This document shows, in pieces, positions 49,703-60,205 of a DNA stretch of 64,000 nucleotides. The stretch comes from Bryobacteraceae bacterium. Lineage in GTDB: Bacteria > Acidobacteriota > Terriglobia > Bryobacterales > Bryobacteraceae. The notes beneath the pieces were generated by a model. That model saw only the letters and a program-made list of their open reading frames with translations, was not told the DNA's origin and searched no databases. The translations under genes were made by a program, and so were the position numbers. How positions within the stretch are numbered: the stretch's first letter is position 1; every line of letters starts with the position of its first letter. The stretch spans positions 18,728-82,727 of the forward strand of contig CAVQOO010000068.1 in assembly GCA_963714395.1 (NCBI GenBank), read 5' to 3'.

Positions 49703-50002
49703 CTACTGGACAATTCCCTGCTTGCCGCCCTGCGGCTCCAGGCTGATGGCGCCGAAGGTGGCTTCGTATTGCTCGACGTTGGTTTGCAGCACGTTCAGCA
49801 GCGCCTTTGCCTGCTGGGGGCTCAGGTAAATGCCCTGGTAGTTTTCGATGTTAACGGCCTCCGGTGTGGTCTGCCGGACTTTTCCGAACAGGAGGAAGAA
49901 GTCCCAGAGGCTGGCGCGCAGTTGGACGCTGTTGGAATAGCTTTCCCGATAATCGGCCGAGTAGTCCAAAGAAACGGTCGGAGGAGGACCTTGCACGTGC
50001 AT
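49703..50002 (-). CDS. DUF3467-like small protein
   Basis: 99-aa ORF. ...YSNSVQLRASLWDFFLLFG... pattern recalled for DUF3467. Family from memory. Confidence 0.45.
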   Translation of the reverse strand: MHVQGPPPTVSLDYSADYRESYSNSVQLRASLWDFFLLFGKVRQTTPEAVNIENYQGIYLSPQQAKALLNVLQTNVEQYEATFGAISLEPQGGKQGIVQ

Positions 50003-50095
50003 AGGCCAACATCCTAACAGGTTGGAGCGAAGGAATCTGGTCTCTACACCGGGGGCACTGCTTCGATGTTCCTCTTTGGACTGCTCAGCTTGCCC

Positions 50096-50650
50096 TCACC
50101 TAAGTTTCATTTCATCGAACACGGACTGGAGAACCGCACCTAGTTGCATGAATTCATCATAGTTGGCGGGTTTTCGGAAGTAGCGAGCTATTCCGAGACG
50201 CATCAGTTCTTCTCGTTCCCTCGCGACATCCGCCGAAGTGATAATCACAACCGGAATGTGGGGGCATGTTTTGCTTCCTCGGAGGCGCATGAGCACCTCC
50301 TTGCCCGTTCGCTTAGGGAGGTTCAAATCGAGCAGAAGCACTTCGGGACGAACAGCTCCGGGGCTGCAATCAGCACGTTCAAGAAATTCGCACGCCTTTT
50401 CACCGTCTTCGACGACATGCAACTCGACCGCAAGACCTTGGAGCTCTATCGCCTCTTCGACCATGAGCACGTCGGTTCTGTTGTCCTCGACGAGCAGCAC
50501 GACGATTTTACGGGCGCTCGTTGCGCCGGAAGGCTGAGGGTTGAAGCCGGTGCGACTCGAATCAGTTGCAGAACCATCAGCACCACACCAAACAGCATTG
50601 ATTGCCGATTGCGGATCAAATGTCACGGCCATATTCCTCTCATTAGCCAC
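50096..50650 (-). CDS. single-domain response regulator (CheY-like receiver)
   Basis: VLLVEDNRTDVLMVEEAI...LLLDLNLPKRTGKEVL...PVVIITSADVAREREELMRLGIARYFRKP (Asp pocket, phospho-acceptor D, conserved K). Confidence 0.75.
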   Translation of the reverse strand: MANERNMAVTFDPQSAINAVWCGADGSATDSSRTGFNPQPSGATSARKIVVLLVEDNRTDVLMVEEAIELQGLAVELHVVEDGEKACEFLERADCSPGAVRPEVLLLDLNLPKRTGKEVLMRLRGSKTCPHIPVVIITSADVAREREELMRLGIARYFRKPANYDEFMQLGAVLQSVFDEMKLR

Positions 50651-50687
50651 CGCTCAGGTAGGCTGCTGCGACTTGCGCATAAGCGTG

Positions 50688-53600
50688 TCATCGAACCGGG
50701 ACGGAGAAGTAGAATGTGGTACCCCTTCCCGGCCCCTCGGACTCCAGCCAAATTCTTCCGCCGTTCCGCTCAACGATCTTTTGGCATATTGCCAAACCGA
50801 TTCCGGTTCCTGGATACTTGCCATCCGTGTGAAGGCGTTTGAAGATGCCAAAAACTCGTTCTTTGTACTCCTCCGCAATGCCGATGCCATTGTCACGCAC
50901 GGAAAAGAGCCACTCCTTCGCGCGTCTTTCGGCGCTCACGTGAATGCAAGGTCTCTCGTTGTCTTTCCGGTATTTGATCGCGTTTCCGATGAGATTCTGA
51001 AAGAGCTGCTGCAGCTGGATTTCTCGCATCCGGACGCACGGAAGACTATCCTGGGTGATCTCCGCGGCCGTTTCGCTTACTGCAGCAGAGAGGTTTGCAA
51101 GTGCCTTTGCGAGAGCGTTGGACGATTCGGCATTTTCGAGTCCGGCTCCATCGGCGCTGGCACTCTGGGTGTACACCAGAAGATCCCTGACCAGTTGCTC
51201 CATTCTCTTTGCGCCCCCGGTCATGAATCCTAGATATTCCTTGGCTTTTGTATCGAGCAGGTGCCCATATCGGCGGCTTAGCACGTCGCCTGAAACGGCG
51301 ATGTTTCGAATCGGTTCCTGCAGGTCATGGCTCGCCGAATATGCGAATTGCTCGAGGTCTGAGTTCGCCCGTTGCAGCGCTTCGTTGTAGCGCTTCAATT
51401 CTTCCTCCGTGTTCTTGCGATCAGTAATCTCAAGTGTTACGCCGACCATACGCGGTGGCGCGCTACCGGTTTCAGGGAGAACGCGGCCCCTGGCATTGAT
51501 CCAATGGATCGAGCCGTTGTCCCAGATGCAGCGGTAGTCTGCCTCCCAACTCCCTGACTCCTGAATCGCGCGATCAATGATCGCCTGAACGGCATCGCGG
51601 TCCTCTGGATGGGTCGCGGCGCGAAAGGCGTCATAGCTGAAAGGCTCAGAAGGTGCGCGGCCAAAATGCGCTTTGCACTGAGCAGAAGAAGTCAGGTCCA
51701 TGGTCTTCAGGTCGAGTTGCCAGTCGCCCAGTTTTCCCGTGCTGAGGGCGAGCCGCAACCGCTCCTCATTCTCGCGAAGGTCGGCACTCTGCTCGAGAAG
51801 CAATCGTTCCGTTCGCTTTCGCTCTGAGACATCGCTGAAGACGACAACGAGACCAGCTACCCTATCAGCTTCCCGCAGTGGGGCCGAGCTATAGACTACG
51901 TCGAAGAAAGTTCCATCCCTTCGAATGAAAACGTCTTCGTGGCCGGTCAAAGTTGTTCCCGCGTGCAACACCTGAAATCCAGCGCACTCTTCGGCCGGGA
52001 ATGCCGTTCCGTCAGGATGCATGTAGTGCGTCACATCGTGCATGCGCTTTCCACGCAGTTCATCAAACGTCCATCCGAACATTGCTTCGGCTGCTGGATT
52101 GATTGTGGTCACACACCCGGTGCTGTCGACGGTATAGAGCCCCTCACCCATGTTGTTCACGATTGCTTCGTTAAACTGCGCGGCGTGGCGAAGGGCTTCC
52201 TCCGCCTGTACACGGGCGGTGATGTCTTCGCAGAGCTTGATGATGTGCTGAGGGCGGCCCTGATGATTTCGCATCAGGGAGACGCTATTTTGAACCCAGA
52301 CAATACGGCCGTCTTTCCGGACGTAGCGCTTCCGAATCACAAACCGCTCGATCTTGCCGGCGAGTAGCTGTTGAATCCTTGTTTGCATCTTGGCGCGATC
52401 ATTTGGATGACTTAGAGAGGTTGTGTCCAACTCCCTAAGCTCGTCTTCGGAGTAGCCGGTAATCGCGCACAATGCCTCATTGGCGTTCACGAACCGTCCT
52501 TCAGCCGATAGGATGGCGACTCCGACCGCTGCCGAGTTGAAGACGCCGCGGAATCTTTCCTCAGACTCGGCAAGCTCAGCGCGCGCGCGCAGCTGAGCGG
52601 AAATGTCCCGAAAGTAGCAGACCACGCCATACCGGCCATCCGGCAGCACAATACGGTCGGCCCGCCGCTCAAAACATTCGGTCACGCCGCGATCAAGGCG
52701 CTGCTCGATACTCTCGAGCGACTCATACGGCTCGCCTGACTCCAATGTATGGCGGAAAATGCGAACGACTTCATCGGCGTAGTCTTTCGGCCACAGTATG
52801 TGAGCTATTTCGTCGAAGTCCCGTCCTACGATGTCCGGGATACCAAACACAGGGAATGCCACGGGATTGACTTCGCGGATGCGAAAGTCAGCGTCAACAA
52901 GAAAAACCCCGAGCGGCGCCTGGTTGAGCAGAGTTTCATACTGAGTGGAGCGGAAGTGCAGGGCATCCGCGCTTTCGCGGCGAAACCGGGCAAGCGCGAC
53001 GTGCGATTCTACCCGCGCGACAAGTTCCCGTGCGCTAAAGGGCTTGGTAAGGTAGTCGTCTGCTCCGGCCTCCATGCCCTCAACGCTTGCTTCCTCCCCT
53101 GCCCTGGCCGAGAGGAGAATGACTGGAACGGTATTCAGATTGTCGTCGGCCCGGAGCGCGCGCAAGAGCTCAAACCCGTCGAGCCCGGGCATCATGACGT
53201 CCGCGAGAACGAGGTCGGGTTTCCGCTCTTTGGCAGCTTGAAGCGCGGTAGCGCCGTCAGCGACTGCGGCAACTTCAAATGATCGCGCGAGGAGCCGACG
53301 TACGTAGTCGCGCATGTCTGCGTTGTCGTCTGCAAGGAGAACCAGCGGTCGCGGCAGACCGGCAACGGGAGTATCTGAAGGGCGGCTGCTCGGGACAGTG
53401 CCATGCGTTTTCGAACTGTCAGGGGCGTCCTCCGGCAGCCAGCGGGACACTTCTTCGACGAACGCTTTGACGTTCGTAGCGGTCGACAATGAACCGCGGG
53501 TCGCTTCGAGGCTTTCGGGCGGCAGATGAGCTGAGCCACGGGGCAGCGACACGGTCAATGTCGTGCCTTTGCCAATCTTGCTTTGAAGCTGAATGTTGCC

Positions 53601-55271
53601 GCCATGCAGCCTGACAAGCTCGTGAACCAGAGCGAGGCCTATGCCCGTGCCTTCATGCGTTCGGGCCCGGGCGCCGCGTACACGATGGAAGCGCTTAAAC
53701 ACGTGTGGCTGGTCGTCCGGAGCGATGCCGACGCCTGTATCGGCCACTGTGAACAAGACCCCTTCGCCATGCCAGGTCAGGCGAACGGCAATCTCACCTT
53801 CAAACGTGTGCTTGAAGGCGTTAGAGAGAAGGTTCAACACCACCTTTTCCCACATCTCCCGGTCCACATAAATCGGTTCGGGTAGTGAGTCGCAATCGAT
53901 GGTGAACTGCACGCCGGCTTTCTCAACAGCAGAGCGGAAGTTGCTGGCAAGATCCCCGGTCAGCCTGGCGAGGTCGGTGGGCTCAAAGAATGCCTGCACG
54001 CGTCCTGCTTCCATTCGCGAGAAATCGAGCAGGGTATTCACGAGCTTTTGGAGCCGGAGCCCGTTCCGGTGCACGACCGCGAGCGATTCAACGGCAACTG
54101 GAGGAAGTGCGCCGTCGTCGGAAAGCATCTCCTCCAGAGGGGCGAGCATGAGGGTCAGCGGCGTACGAAACTCGTGACTCACATTAGAAAAGAAGACCGT
54201 CTTTGCCCGATCAAGCTCCGTCAATGCGGCCGCGCGTTTGCGCGCCTCTTCAAAAGATCGAGCGTTGGCAATGGCTGTTGCCACTTGAGAGGCAGCAACC
54301 TGTAGGAAATTCTCATACGCCTCGTCCAACTTGACACGCGAACTCGCGCCGGCGATGAGAAATCCAACGAGTTGGTGCGCTGTGTTGGAACGAATTGGTA
54401 GAACAACAGCTGTATGCGGAGGATCGGGCCACGGGCCAGCGGGGACTGAATCAAATCTGGCGCCTATGTCCTCCACTACCTGCATTTGCTCAGTAGTTTT
54501 GCACTCGGCCAGAGGCCATGGTGCATTTTCATCATCGAGGTAAATCAGTTGCGGGCTAATGCTCCTTCCCGAATCCACGCCGCACAAATCCGCGAGATGC
54601 GCCTGCCCGCCTTCAGCCGATAACAAATATATGAGAGCGAACGGGACGTCCTTCGAATGCTCGGCCAGCGTTTCGCACACTGCGGCGCACGCTTCTTCGT
54701 CAGATTTGGCATCAGAGGCAAGGGCGCCCAGATCGCGGAGAATCTGGAGGCGGCGCGCGCCGATAACCTTTTCCGTTATTTCGTGCACGGTGGCAAGCAC
54801 GCCGCCAATGCCGCGTGGCGCTGTCTCGTCCGGGACGGGACTGTACGCGACAGTAAAGTGCGTCTCTTCTGTGTAGCCCTTTCGTTGGATATGAAGCTCG
54901 ATATCGTCCATCCAAGTAGAAGGGCCGCCGCTAAACGGAGTATCGATAAGAGGCTGAAGCACGTGCCAGATCTCCGACCAGCACTCTCTGACCGGCTTGC
55001 CTAACGCCCACGGATGCTTAACGCCGAGTATCGGCCGGTAGGCATCGTTGTAAATCGAGATGTAATCCGGTCCCCACCAAAGAAGGAGCGGGAAGCGATT
55101 TGCCAGGAGGAAGCTCACCATCATGCGCAGCGCAGGCGACCACGTTTCGACCGCTCCAAGCGGGGTCGCCGACCAGTCGAGCGTGCGCATCAGCGTGCTG
55201 ATTTCGCTACCGCCGGAGGGGAATCCGGACGGCAAATCAGCCTCGCAGCGAAGAGGGGTTTCATGGGACAT
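50688..55271 (-). CDS. multi-domain hybrid sensor histidine kinase (PAS/GAF - HisKA/HATPase - receiver - multiple PAS - second HisKA/HATPase)
   Basis: 1527-aa intact ORF. H-box SHEFRTPLT. ATPase G-boxes (DTGVGI; GTGIGL). Receiver LLADDNADMRDY...LVLADVMMPGLDGFELL...K. Second H-box ASHDLQEPIRNI and G-box DNGIGI..GTGIGLAI. Confidence 0.85.
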   Translation of the reverse strand: MSHETPLRCEADLPSGFPSGGSEISTLMRTLDWSATPLGAVETWSPALRMMVSFLLANRFPLLLWWGPDYISIYNDAYRPILGVKHPWALGKPVRECWSEIWHVLQPLIDTPFSGGPSTWMDDIELHIQRKGYTEETHFTVAYSPVPDETAPRGIGGVLATVHEITEKVIGARRLQILRDLGALASDAKSDEEACAAVCETLAEHSKDVPFALIYLLSAEGGQAHLADLCGVDSGRSISPQLIYLDDENAPWPLAECKTTEQMQVVEDIGARFDSVPAGPWPDPPHTAVVLPIRSNTAHQLVGFLIAGASSRVKLDEAYENFLQVAASQVATAIANARSFEEARKRAAALTELDRAKTVFFSNVSHEFRTPLTLMLAPLEEMLSDDGALPPVAVESLAVVHRNGLRLQKLVNTLLDFSRMEAGRVQAFFEPTDLARLTGDLASNFRSAVEKAGVQFTIDCDSLPEPIYVDREMWEKVVLNLLSNAFKHTFEGEIAVRLTWHGEGVLFTVADTGVGIAPDDQPHVFKRFHRVRGARARTHEGTGIGLALVHELVRLHGGNIQLQSKIGKGTTLTVSLPRGSAHLPPESLEATRGSLSTATNVKAFVEEVSRWLPEDAPDSSKTHGTVPSSRPSDTPVAGLPRPLVLLADDNADMRDYVRRLLARSFEVAAVADGATALQAAKERKPDLVLADVMMPGLDGFELLRALRADDNLNTVPVILLSARAGEEASVEGMEAGADDYLTKPFSARELVARVESHVALARFRRESADALHFRSTQYETLLNQAPLGVFLVDADFRIREVNPVAFPVFGIPDIVGRDFDEIAHILWPKDYADEVVRIFRHTLESGEPYESLESIEQRLDRGVTECFERRADRIVLPDGRYGVVCYFRDISAQLRARAELAESEERFRGVFNSAAVGVAILSAEGRFVNANEALCAITGYSEDELRELDTTSLSHPNDRAKMQTRIQQLLAGKIERFVIRKRYVRKDGRIVWVQNSVSLMRNHQGRPQHIIKLCEDITARVQAEEALRHAAQFNEAIVNNMGEGLYTVDSTGCVTTINPAAEAMFGWTFDELRGKRMHDVTHYMHPDGTAFPAEECAGFQVLHAGTTLTGHEDVFIRRDGTFFDVVYSSAPLREADRVAGLVVVFSDVSERKRTERLLLEQSADLRENEERLRLALSTGKLGDWQLDLKTMDLTSSAQCKAHFGRAPSEPFSYDAFRAATHPEDRDAVQAIIDRAIQESGSWEADYRCIWDNGSIHWINARGRVLPETGSAPPRMVGVTLEITDRKNTEEELKRYNEALQRANSDLEQFAYSASHDLQEPIRNIAVSGDVLSRRYGHLLDTKAKEYLGFMTGGAKRMEQLVRDLLVYTQSASADGAGLENAESSNALAKALANLSAAVSETAAEITQDSLPCVRMREIQLQQLFQNLIGNAIKYRKDNERPCIHVSAERRAKEWLFSVRDNGIGIAEEYKERVFGIFKRLHTDGKYPGTGIGLAICQKIVERNGGRIWLESEGPGRGTTFYFSVPVR

Positions 55272-55289
55272 TGGGAAAGCCCTCGCGTT

Positions 55290-55705
55290 GTCTGCGGTTC
55301 ACTACCTCCCTTACCACTACACCGAGTTCCAAGTAGGAATCGAGGTCTGATGGCTTCCGGAAGAAGATCCCCGAATGACTTCGCACCTCTTCACGATCCT
55401 CCGGTGCGTCAGAAGAGCTCAAGGCGACAATGGGAGTTTCACGGCAGCGACGCCCGCTGCGAACGCTCCCGCATGATCTCTGCTCCGTCTCTCCTTGGGA
55501 GATGGAGGTCCAGCAGGAAAAGGTGTGGAGCTGGAATCCGGATGTCGCGCTCAAGCTCCTCCAGATAGTGAAGGGCATCCTCACCATCCCTCATTCGGAC
55601 AAGCTGATAACTGATTGCGTGGGCTTGAAGAGCTTCCTCGATCATCATGACATCTGCGTCGTTGTCCTCAGCGACAAGAATTCGCAGCGTCTTCAGCTCA
55701 TCCAT
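55290..55705 (-). CDS. response-regulator receiver protein, with a frameshift near 55450
   Basis: ORF 55439..55705 (RILVAEDNDADVMMIEEAL...LFLLDLHLPRRDGAEIM) continues in the frame of ORF 55261..55587 (PIVALSSSDAPEDREEVRSHSGIFFRKP). Confidence 0.6.
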
Positions 55706-55940
55706 AAAAGCCGCCTGCCTCTATGACATTCTGCGCCGCTTGCCATTCCGGCTGTCGCTTTGCTTAAGAGCAGCCCCGGGAAGCGACCATTCTCTCCGAC
55801 CGCTTCCAGCCCCCTTCATCCAGCTTCGGCTAAGGCCTCTCCTCGCATCCCTCCCCGAACAAAAGCCTCTAACCGGGCGCGCGTTATTCCACATTTTACG
55901 TGATCTAAAGGGACTTTTGGCAGCGCCGGAGTTTGCGCGG

Positions 55941-57181
55941 CTACTGCGTGGCCACATCCAAAGTGGCAGTCGTTCGCAAGCTTGGCTCGCCGCCCGGAGA
56001 GCAGCCGAGCGTGAGGCGGCCAGCCGGCCAACTCGCTGGGATACGGATGAGCGCGACCCAAAACGCCGGCTCGCTGGAATCGCGTTCGACGCTGACCACC
56101 TCTAAGCCGCTCTTCCAGGATTGTGCCGGCTCGTCCCAATGGACCCACTCCAGCCCGTCAGAGGTCGGGCCTAGCCCGGTCAGGTAGATCCGCACGAGCT
56201 CGCCCGGCCGGGCGGGGCGGTACTGGTTGATGAGATCGCCGTTGCCGGCGGAGATCGCCACATTGACGGAGCTCCAATAGGAGGCTGTTTCGCCCAAGTC
56301 GAAAAGGACAAGAAAGCGCGGCGCCCTGGGGACAACGGTGATCGTCCGCCGCTGCGGCTCAAAGGGAGATGCCTCGGCCTGGACTTCAATTTCTCCATCG
56401 CCCAGCGGAGTCGCGGCGTCGGCGACGACGATCAGAGAACGATTTCCCTGGAGCCGGATGGATGCTTCCTGGCCGGCGATGCTGACGCCGGCCCGGCCAA
56501 GCGCGTTCCCGGCCAATGAGAGCCAGCTACCCGGGGCGATCCGTTTGGGGGAGGAGGAAATCGAGGGAGTTTCCGCCAGCAGTTGGCATTGCCGGAGATG
56601 GCGATCGCGGAGAGATCCTGCTCGACCTCCGTAAGAAAGCTCCGGGTGCGATACCGGAGGTCCAGCATATGCACCTTCGAACTGAGCCCGTTGAGTTCAT
56701 CCTGCCGGAGGAAGAGCCGGCTGCCATCGGCTGTAAGGGCAATCGGAAGAGGAGAGAAGCGATAGTAGTCCGGGAGAATCTGGGTCGTGCGGCCGGAGGC
56801 GATGTTCACTGAGTAAAGAGGCAGTGGACCCTTGGCCTCGTCCTGCTGGACAACCGCCGTTGTGCCATCGCGGCTGTACGCCACGACGCGCGCAGCGTGG
56901 AAACCAAGCTCGATCCGCTTGGGGGCAGCCTCGGGCGAGAAGACGCGCAACTGTGTGCCTTCCGCAATCGCCACACTGCCGTCGTCAGCGATTGAATCGA
57001 CAGGCAAGCCGCCTTCCGGCAACGGGTACTCCTTCTCCGATTCGAGGTTGATCCACAGCGAGCGCCTCTGGCCGTTGGATGCATTCGGCTGGCTGAACAG
57101 GGCCCATCGCCCGTTCCGGCTGACGCCGGCGTAGCCCGGTCGGTTCAATTCACTGTCGAACCAGCGGGTGGCTTGAGCCAC
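55941..57181 (-). CDS. hypothetical beta-propeller-like protein, frameshifted
   Basis: Two overlapping frames (56432..57181 and 55941..56516) carry repetitive Ser/Gly/Asp-rich beta-strand-like segments. The upstream open frame runs into the tRNA-Asp, so the start is unclear. Confidence 0.3.
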
Positions 57182-57307
57182 AACCCCTTCGACTTCGGAG
57201 ACTCGACCTGGAATTGCCGGAAAGTCCGTGACGATCGAATAGGCGAACGTCAGGCCATCACTGCTGACGCTGGGCTGGATGATCGAAGTGGGAGGAAGAG
57301 GGCTGGA

Positions 57308-57384
<77 letters not shown>

Positions 57385-57462
57385 GCATTGCGGTAGGCAA
57401 CACCTTTAATCTAACACACAGGCAGATTCGGGTTCAAAGCCGCGCACCGCGGTTGAGTTCGG

Positions 57463-60162
57463 CTATTGCTTCTTCCGGTGCTGCTCGCGAAGGAACGACG
57501 GATCGTCCATCTTGGGCGAAGGCGCGGGGTCGATGGGGTCCTTGGCATTCTCCGGAACAAAGATCTCCGGATCCGGACGCAAAGCCTCATAGGGAGAGAA
57601 GTCCGGATTTGTGGTCTGGAAGCAATCCGACAAGTCCGGCGCCGTGGCGTCGTAGAGATTCAGGGGAGGCAGACCCAGCAGCCGGAACGCTGTCTTCAGC
57701 AAGCCAGGGAAACTGACATTGGTGCGGGACGCGTAATTCCGCTTCGCCCACGGGCTGGCCACCAGCAGCACTGTCCTGTGCGAATCGACATGATCCACTC
57801 CCCCCTGCGCGTCGTCCTCAGTAATGAGAATTGCCATGTTTTTCCACCAGGGCGACTTGGACAAATACTCGACCATCCGGCCCAGCGCGTAGTCGTTATC
57901 GGAAACGTAGGATGCAGAAAACGGATAGCCGTCTTCGGGCCGCGGCTTGGCCATGTGGTCGTTCGGCAGATGGATGAACAGGAACCGCGGCAGCTCCCTG
58001 CCTGGCTTTACGTACAGTTTCTCCACCTCGCCGATGAACTGCTCCACGCGGTATTGATCCGGGATGTTCATGTTGTACTGCGCGTACTCCCGCGAGGTGT
58101 TTCGCCACAGCGGGTCCGGCATCGGCACATTGGTCATGTAGCGTGCGCCGGTGGGCATCTCGCCCGGGTCCTCGACCACGCCGGCCAGTTCGAGCCCCTC
58201 GCCGTAGTTTCGGAACGGAATGCCGTGCCGCTCGAGATGGTGCCAGAGCGCGCCCTGCTCCAGTTGCTCCTCGGGGTGTAGGCTCGAATTCGACTGCGCA
58301 AACAGCAGTCGCCCCGGCGCTGTCGTCGGAAAACGGAAGTCCTTCTGTCCGCCGTATGATGCCATCAGCGAACTCTCGGTCCATGCATTCGGGTACGAGC
58401 CCACGATCCAGTGGTGGCCGTCTACCGATACTTCGCTATCCACATAGAAGTTGTCCGAGAATGCGTATCGCTCGGCCAGCGAATGATGATTTGGCGTGAT
58501 GTTGTAGAACTTCTTTTCGAGGCGAGCTTTCAGCGCGCCGGGTTCCGGGTCAATCCAGCCTCGACGTCCGAATCGCGCCAGCTCGGGCGCGCCACGAAGT
58601 TCATCGCCGCGGTCACGCTCCAGGTCGCCGAGAACTTCGTCATAGGTGCGATTCTCTTTGACGATCACCACGACGTGCCGGATCTCCTTGGGCAGATCAG
58701 GTGGCGGTTCCGTCTGCGGCTGGAATCCGTTGACGGTCGTCACCTGATGGCTCAACACTCGCAGAACTCGCGGGAATGGCATTGGGTACACGCTCACCAG
58801 CCCGCGCCGCAGCTCCCCCTGGAAAGAAGATTCGAGCGGCGCTGTTTTGGTCGCATTCGGCCCCGTGCCCAGACCCTTGGCGCTGGCGACGAAGACCTGA
58901 CCTTCCCGTGTGGCCACCGACGAAGGGAACCATCCGGCCGGAATCCGTCCAACCACTCTGTTGCTCGACATGTCGATGACGGAGACCGCGTTGATGCCCG
59001 CTTCTGCCACCAGCAGGCGGCTGGAGAGTACATCGATCGCCAAGCCGATCGGCAGGATGCCGCGATAATTGGCGAGCCCCTCGATCCTCAGCTCAATCGT
59101 TGCCCTCGGCCTGAGTGTGAGCGCGTCGATCACCGTCACCGAGTCCTGATTCGAGTTGGCTACATAGATGGCGCTCGGCGTCACGGCCAGGCCCGACGGG
59201 CCGGATCCGCCCTTGCTCCAGACGCCGAACGGCTCGCCTGTGCGAATGAACTTCACGACGCGTGGCGCTGCCGGATTCTCGACGTCGACAACGCACAGCG
59301 AGTTCGATTCGTCCACGTTCGGGTCGCCCAGACCGGGGATGTCGACTTCACCGGTGCCGGTGCTGCGTCTTGCTCCCGTCTCGGCATCCCTGGATGGGAA
59401 GCCGAATGCCGGATATTGCAGCCCGGTCTCCCGCGCTCGCTTCGGATCGGCCCCCGGCACGGGCTTGTACTCGAACATTCCCACATTGGTCACATAGAGA
59501 CGCCGCCCGTCGGGCGAGAGTGCCGCGCGAAACGGCAGCCGGCCTGTCCGCACGCTGGCCAGCATTCTCCGCGAACGTGTGTCGAAGATGGCCACCCGGA
59601 AGTTCGCCTGGTCTACGACATACAGAATGCGCTTCTTTCCGTCGTAGGCCAGATCACCTGAATAGCCATCCCGCCACGCGCCCTGATTCAGGCTGAAGAG
59701 GCCCTGCACCCGGCCGCCCGGGATCGTGATCTCCCGCACACGGCCGCTATTGCCTTCGCTGGCGAACAGCCGCCTGTCGTCGGCAAACTGCAGTCCCATG
59801 AAGACGCTGCGCCAGTCGTCCTCGTCATTGTCGGCTTTTTCGTTCTTGCGCTTGGTGGCCAACGTGCGCGTCTGCCACGGTTCGCTGGTCATGTCCAGCA
59901 GCGTGAGCGAATAGCGGTTCGGGCCGCCGTCCGATGTCACGGCGAATTCGCCATCGGGACTCACCGCCAGGCCGAATGCACCCGGCCCGGTGGGGAAATG
60001 GCGCCCGTGCGGAGCGATCATGCGCCCGCCAGGCAGGATGCTCTCCGCGCCCGGACGCCTGCTCGCAGGCCTCGTGCCCGCCGGCGTTCTGTAGTCTTCG
60101 GCCCAAAGGGTCGCCGCCAGCGCGGCCAGCCAGAGTAAACGCATTCCTGCTCTCAACATCAA
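57463..60162 (-). CDS. secreted YVTN-type beta-propeller fused to a phosphoesterase-family (phospholipase C / AcpA-like) domain
   Basis: 899-aa intact ORF. Signal peptide. Propeller-like repeats (LYVTNVG, IYVANSNQDSVTVID). The phosphoesterase signature HVVVIVKENRTYDEVLG and ...FIHLPNDH... is in the C-terminal half. Confidence 0.7.
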   Translation of the reverse strand: MMLRAGMRLLWLAALAATLWAEDYRTPAGTRPASRRPGAESILPGGRMIAPHGRHFPTGPGAFGLAVSPDGEFAVTSDGGPNRYSLTLLDMTSEPWQTRTLATKRKNEKADNDEDDWRSVFMGLQFADDRRLFASEGNSGRVREITIPGGRVQGLFSLNQGAWRDGYSGDLAYDGKKRILYVVDQANFRVAIFDTRSRRMLASVRTGRLPFRAALSPDGRRLYVTNVGMFEYKPVPGADPKRARETGLQYPAFGFPSRDAETGARRSTGTGEVDIPGLGDPNVDESNSLCVVDVENPAAPRVVKFIRTGEPFGVWSKGGSGPSGLAVTPSAIYVANSNQDSVTVIDALTLRPRATIELRIEGLANYRGILPIGLAIDVLSSRLLVAEAGINAVSVIDMSSNRVVGRIPAGWFPSSVATREGQVFVASAKGLGTGPNATKTAPLESSFQGELRRGLVSVYPMPFPRVLRVLSHQVTTVNGFQPQTEPPPDLPKEIRHVVVIVKENRTYDEVLGDLERDRGDELRGAPELARFGRRGWIDPEPGALKARLEKKFYNITPNHHSLAERYAFSDNFYVDSEVSVDGHHWIVGSYPNAWTESSLMASYGGQKDFRFPTTAPGRLLFAQSNSSLHPEEQLEQGALWHHLERHGIPFRNYGEGLELAGVVEDPGEMPTGARYMTNVPMPDPLWRNTSREYAQYNMNIPDQYRVEQFIGEVEKLYVKPGRELPRFLFIHLPNDHMAKPRPEDGYPFSASYVSDNDYALGRMVEYLSKSPWWKNMAILITEDDAQGGVDHVDSHRTVLLVASPWAKRNYASRTNVSFPGLLKTAFRLLGLPPLNLYDATAPDLSDCFQTTNPDFSPYEALRPDPEIFVPENAKDPIDPAPSPKMDDPSFLREQHRKKQ

Positions 60163-60205
60163 GCGTCTCAGAGCGTCCCCCGGCTGCGCAATGGCTGCAG
60201 CGCGT

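Noticed and set aside
50541-51233. 230-aa + strand ORF
   Set aside because: It lies entirely antisense within the hybrid histidine kinase gene, with no family features.
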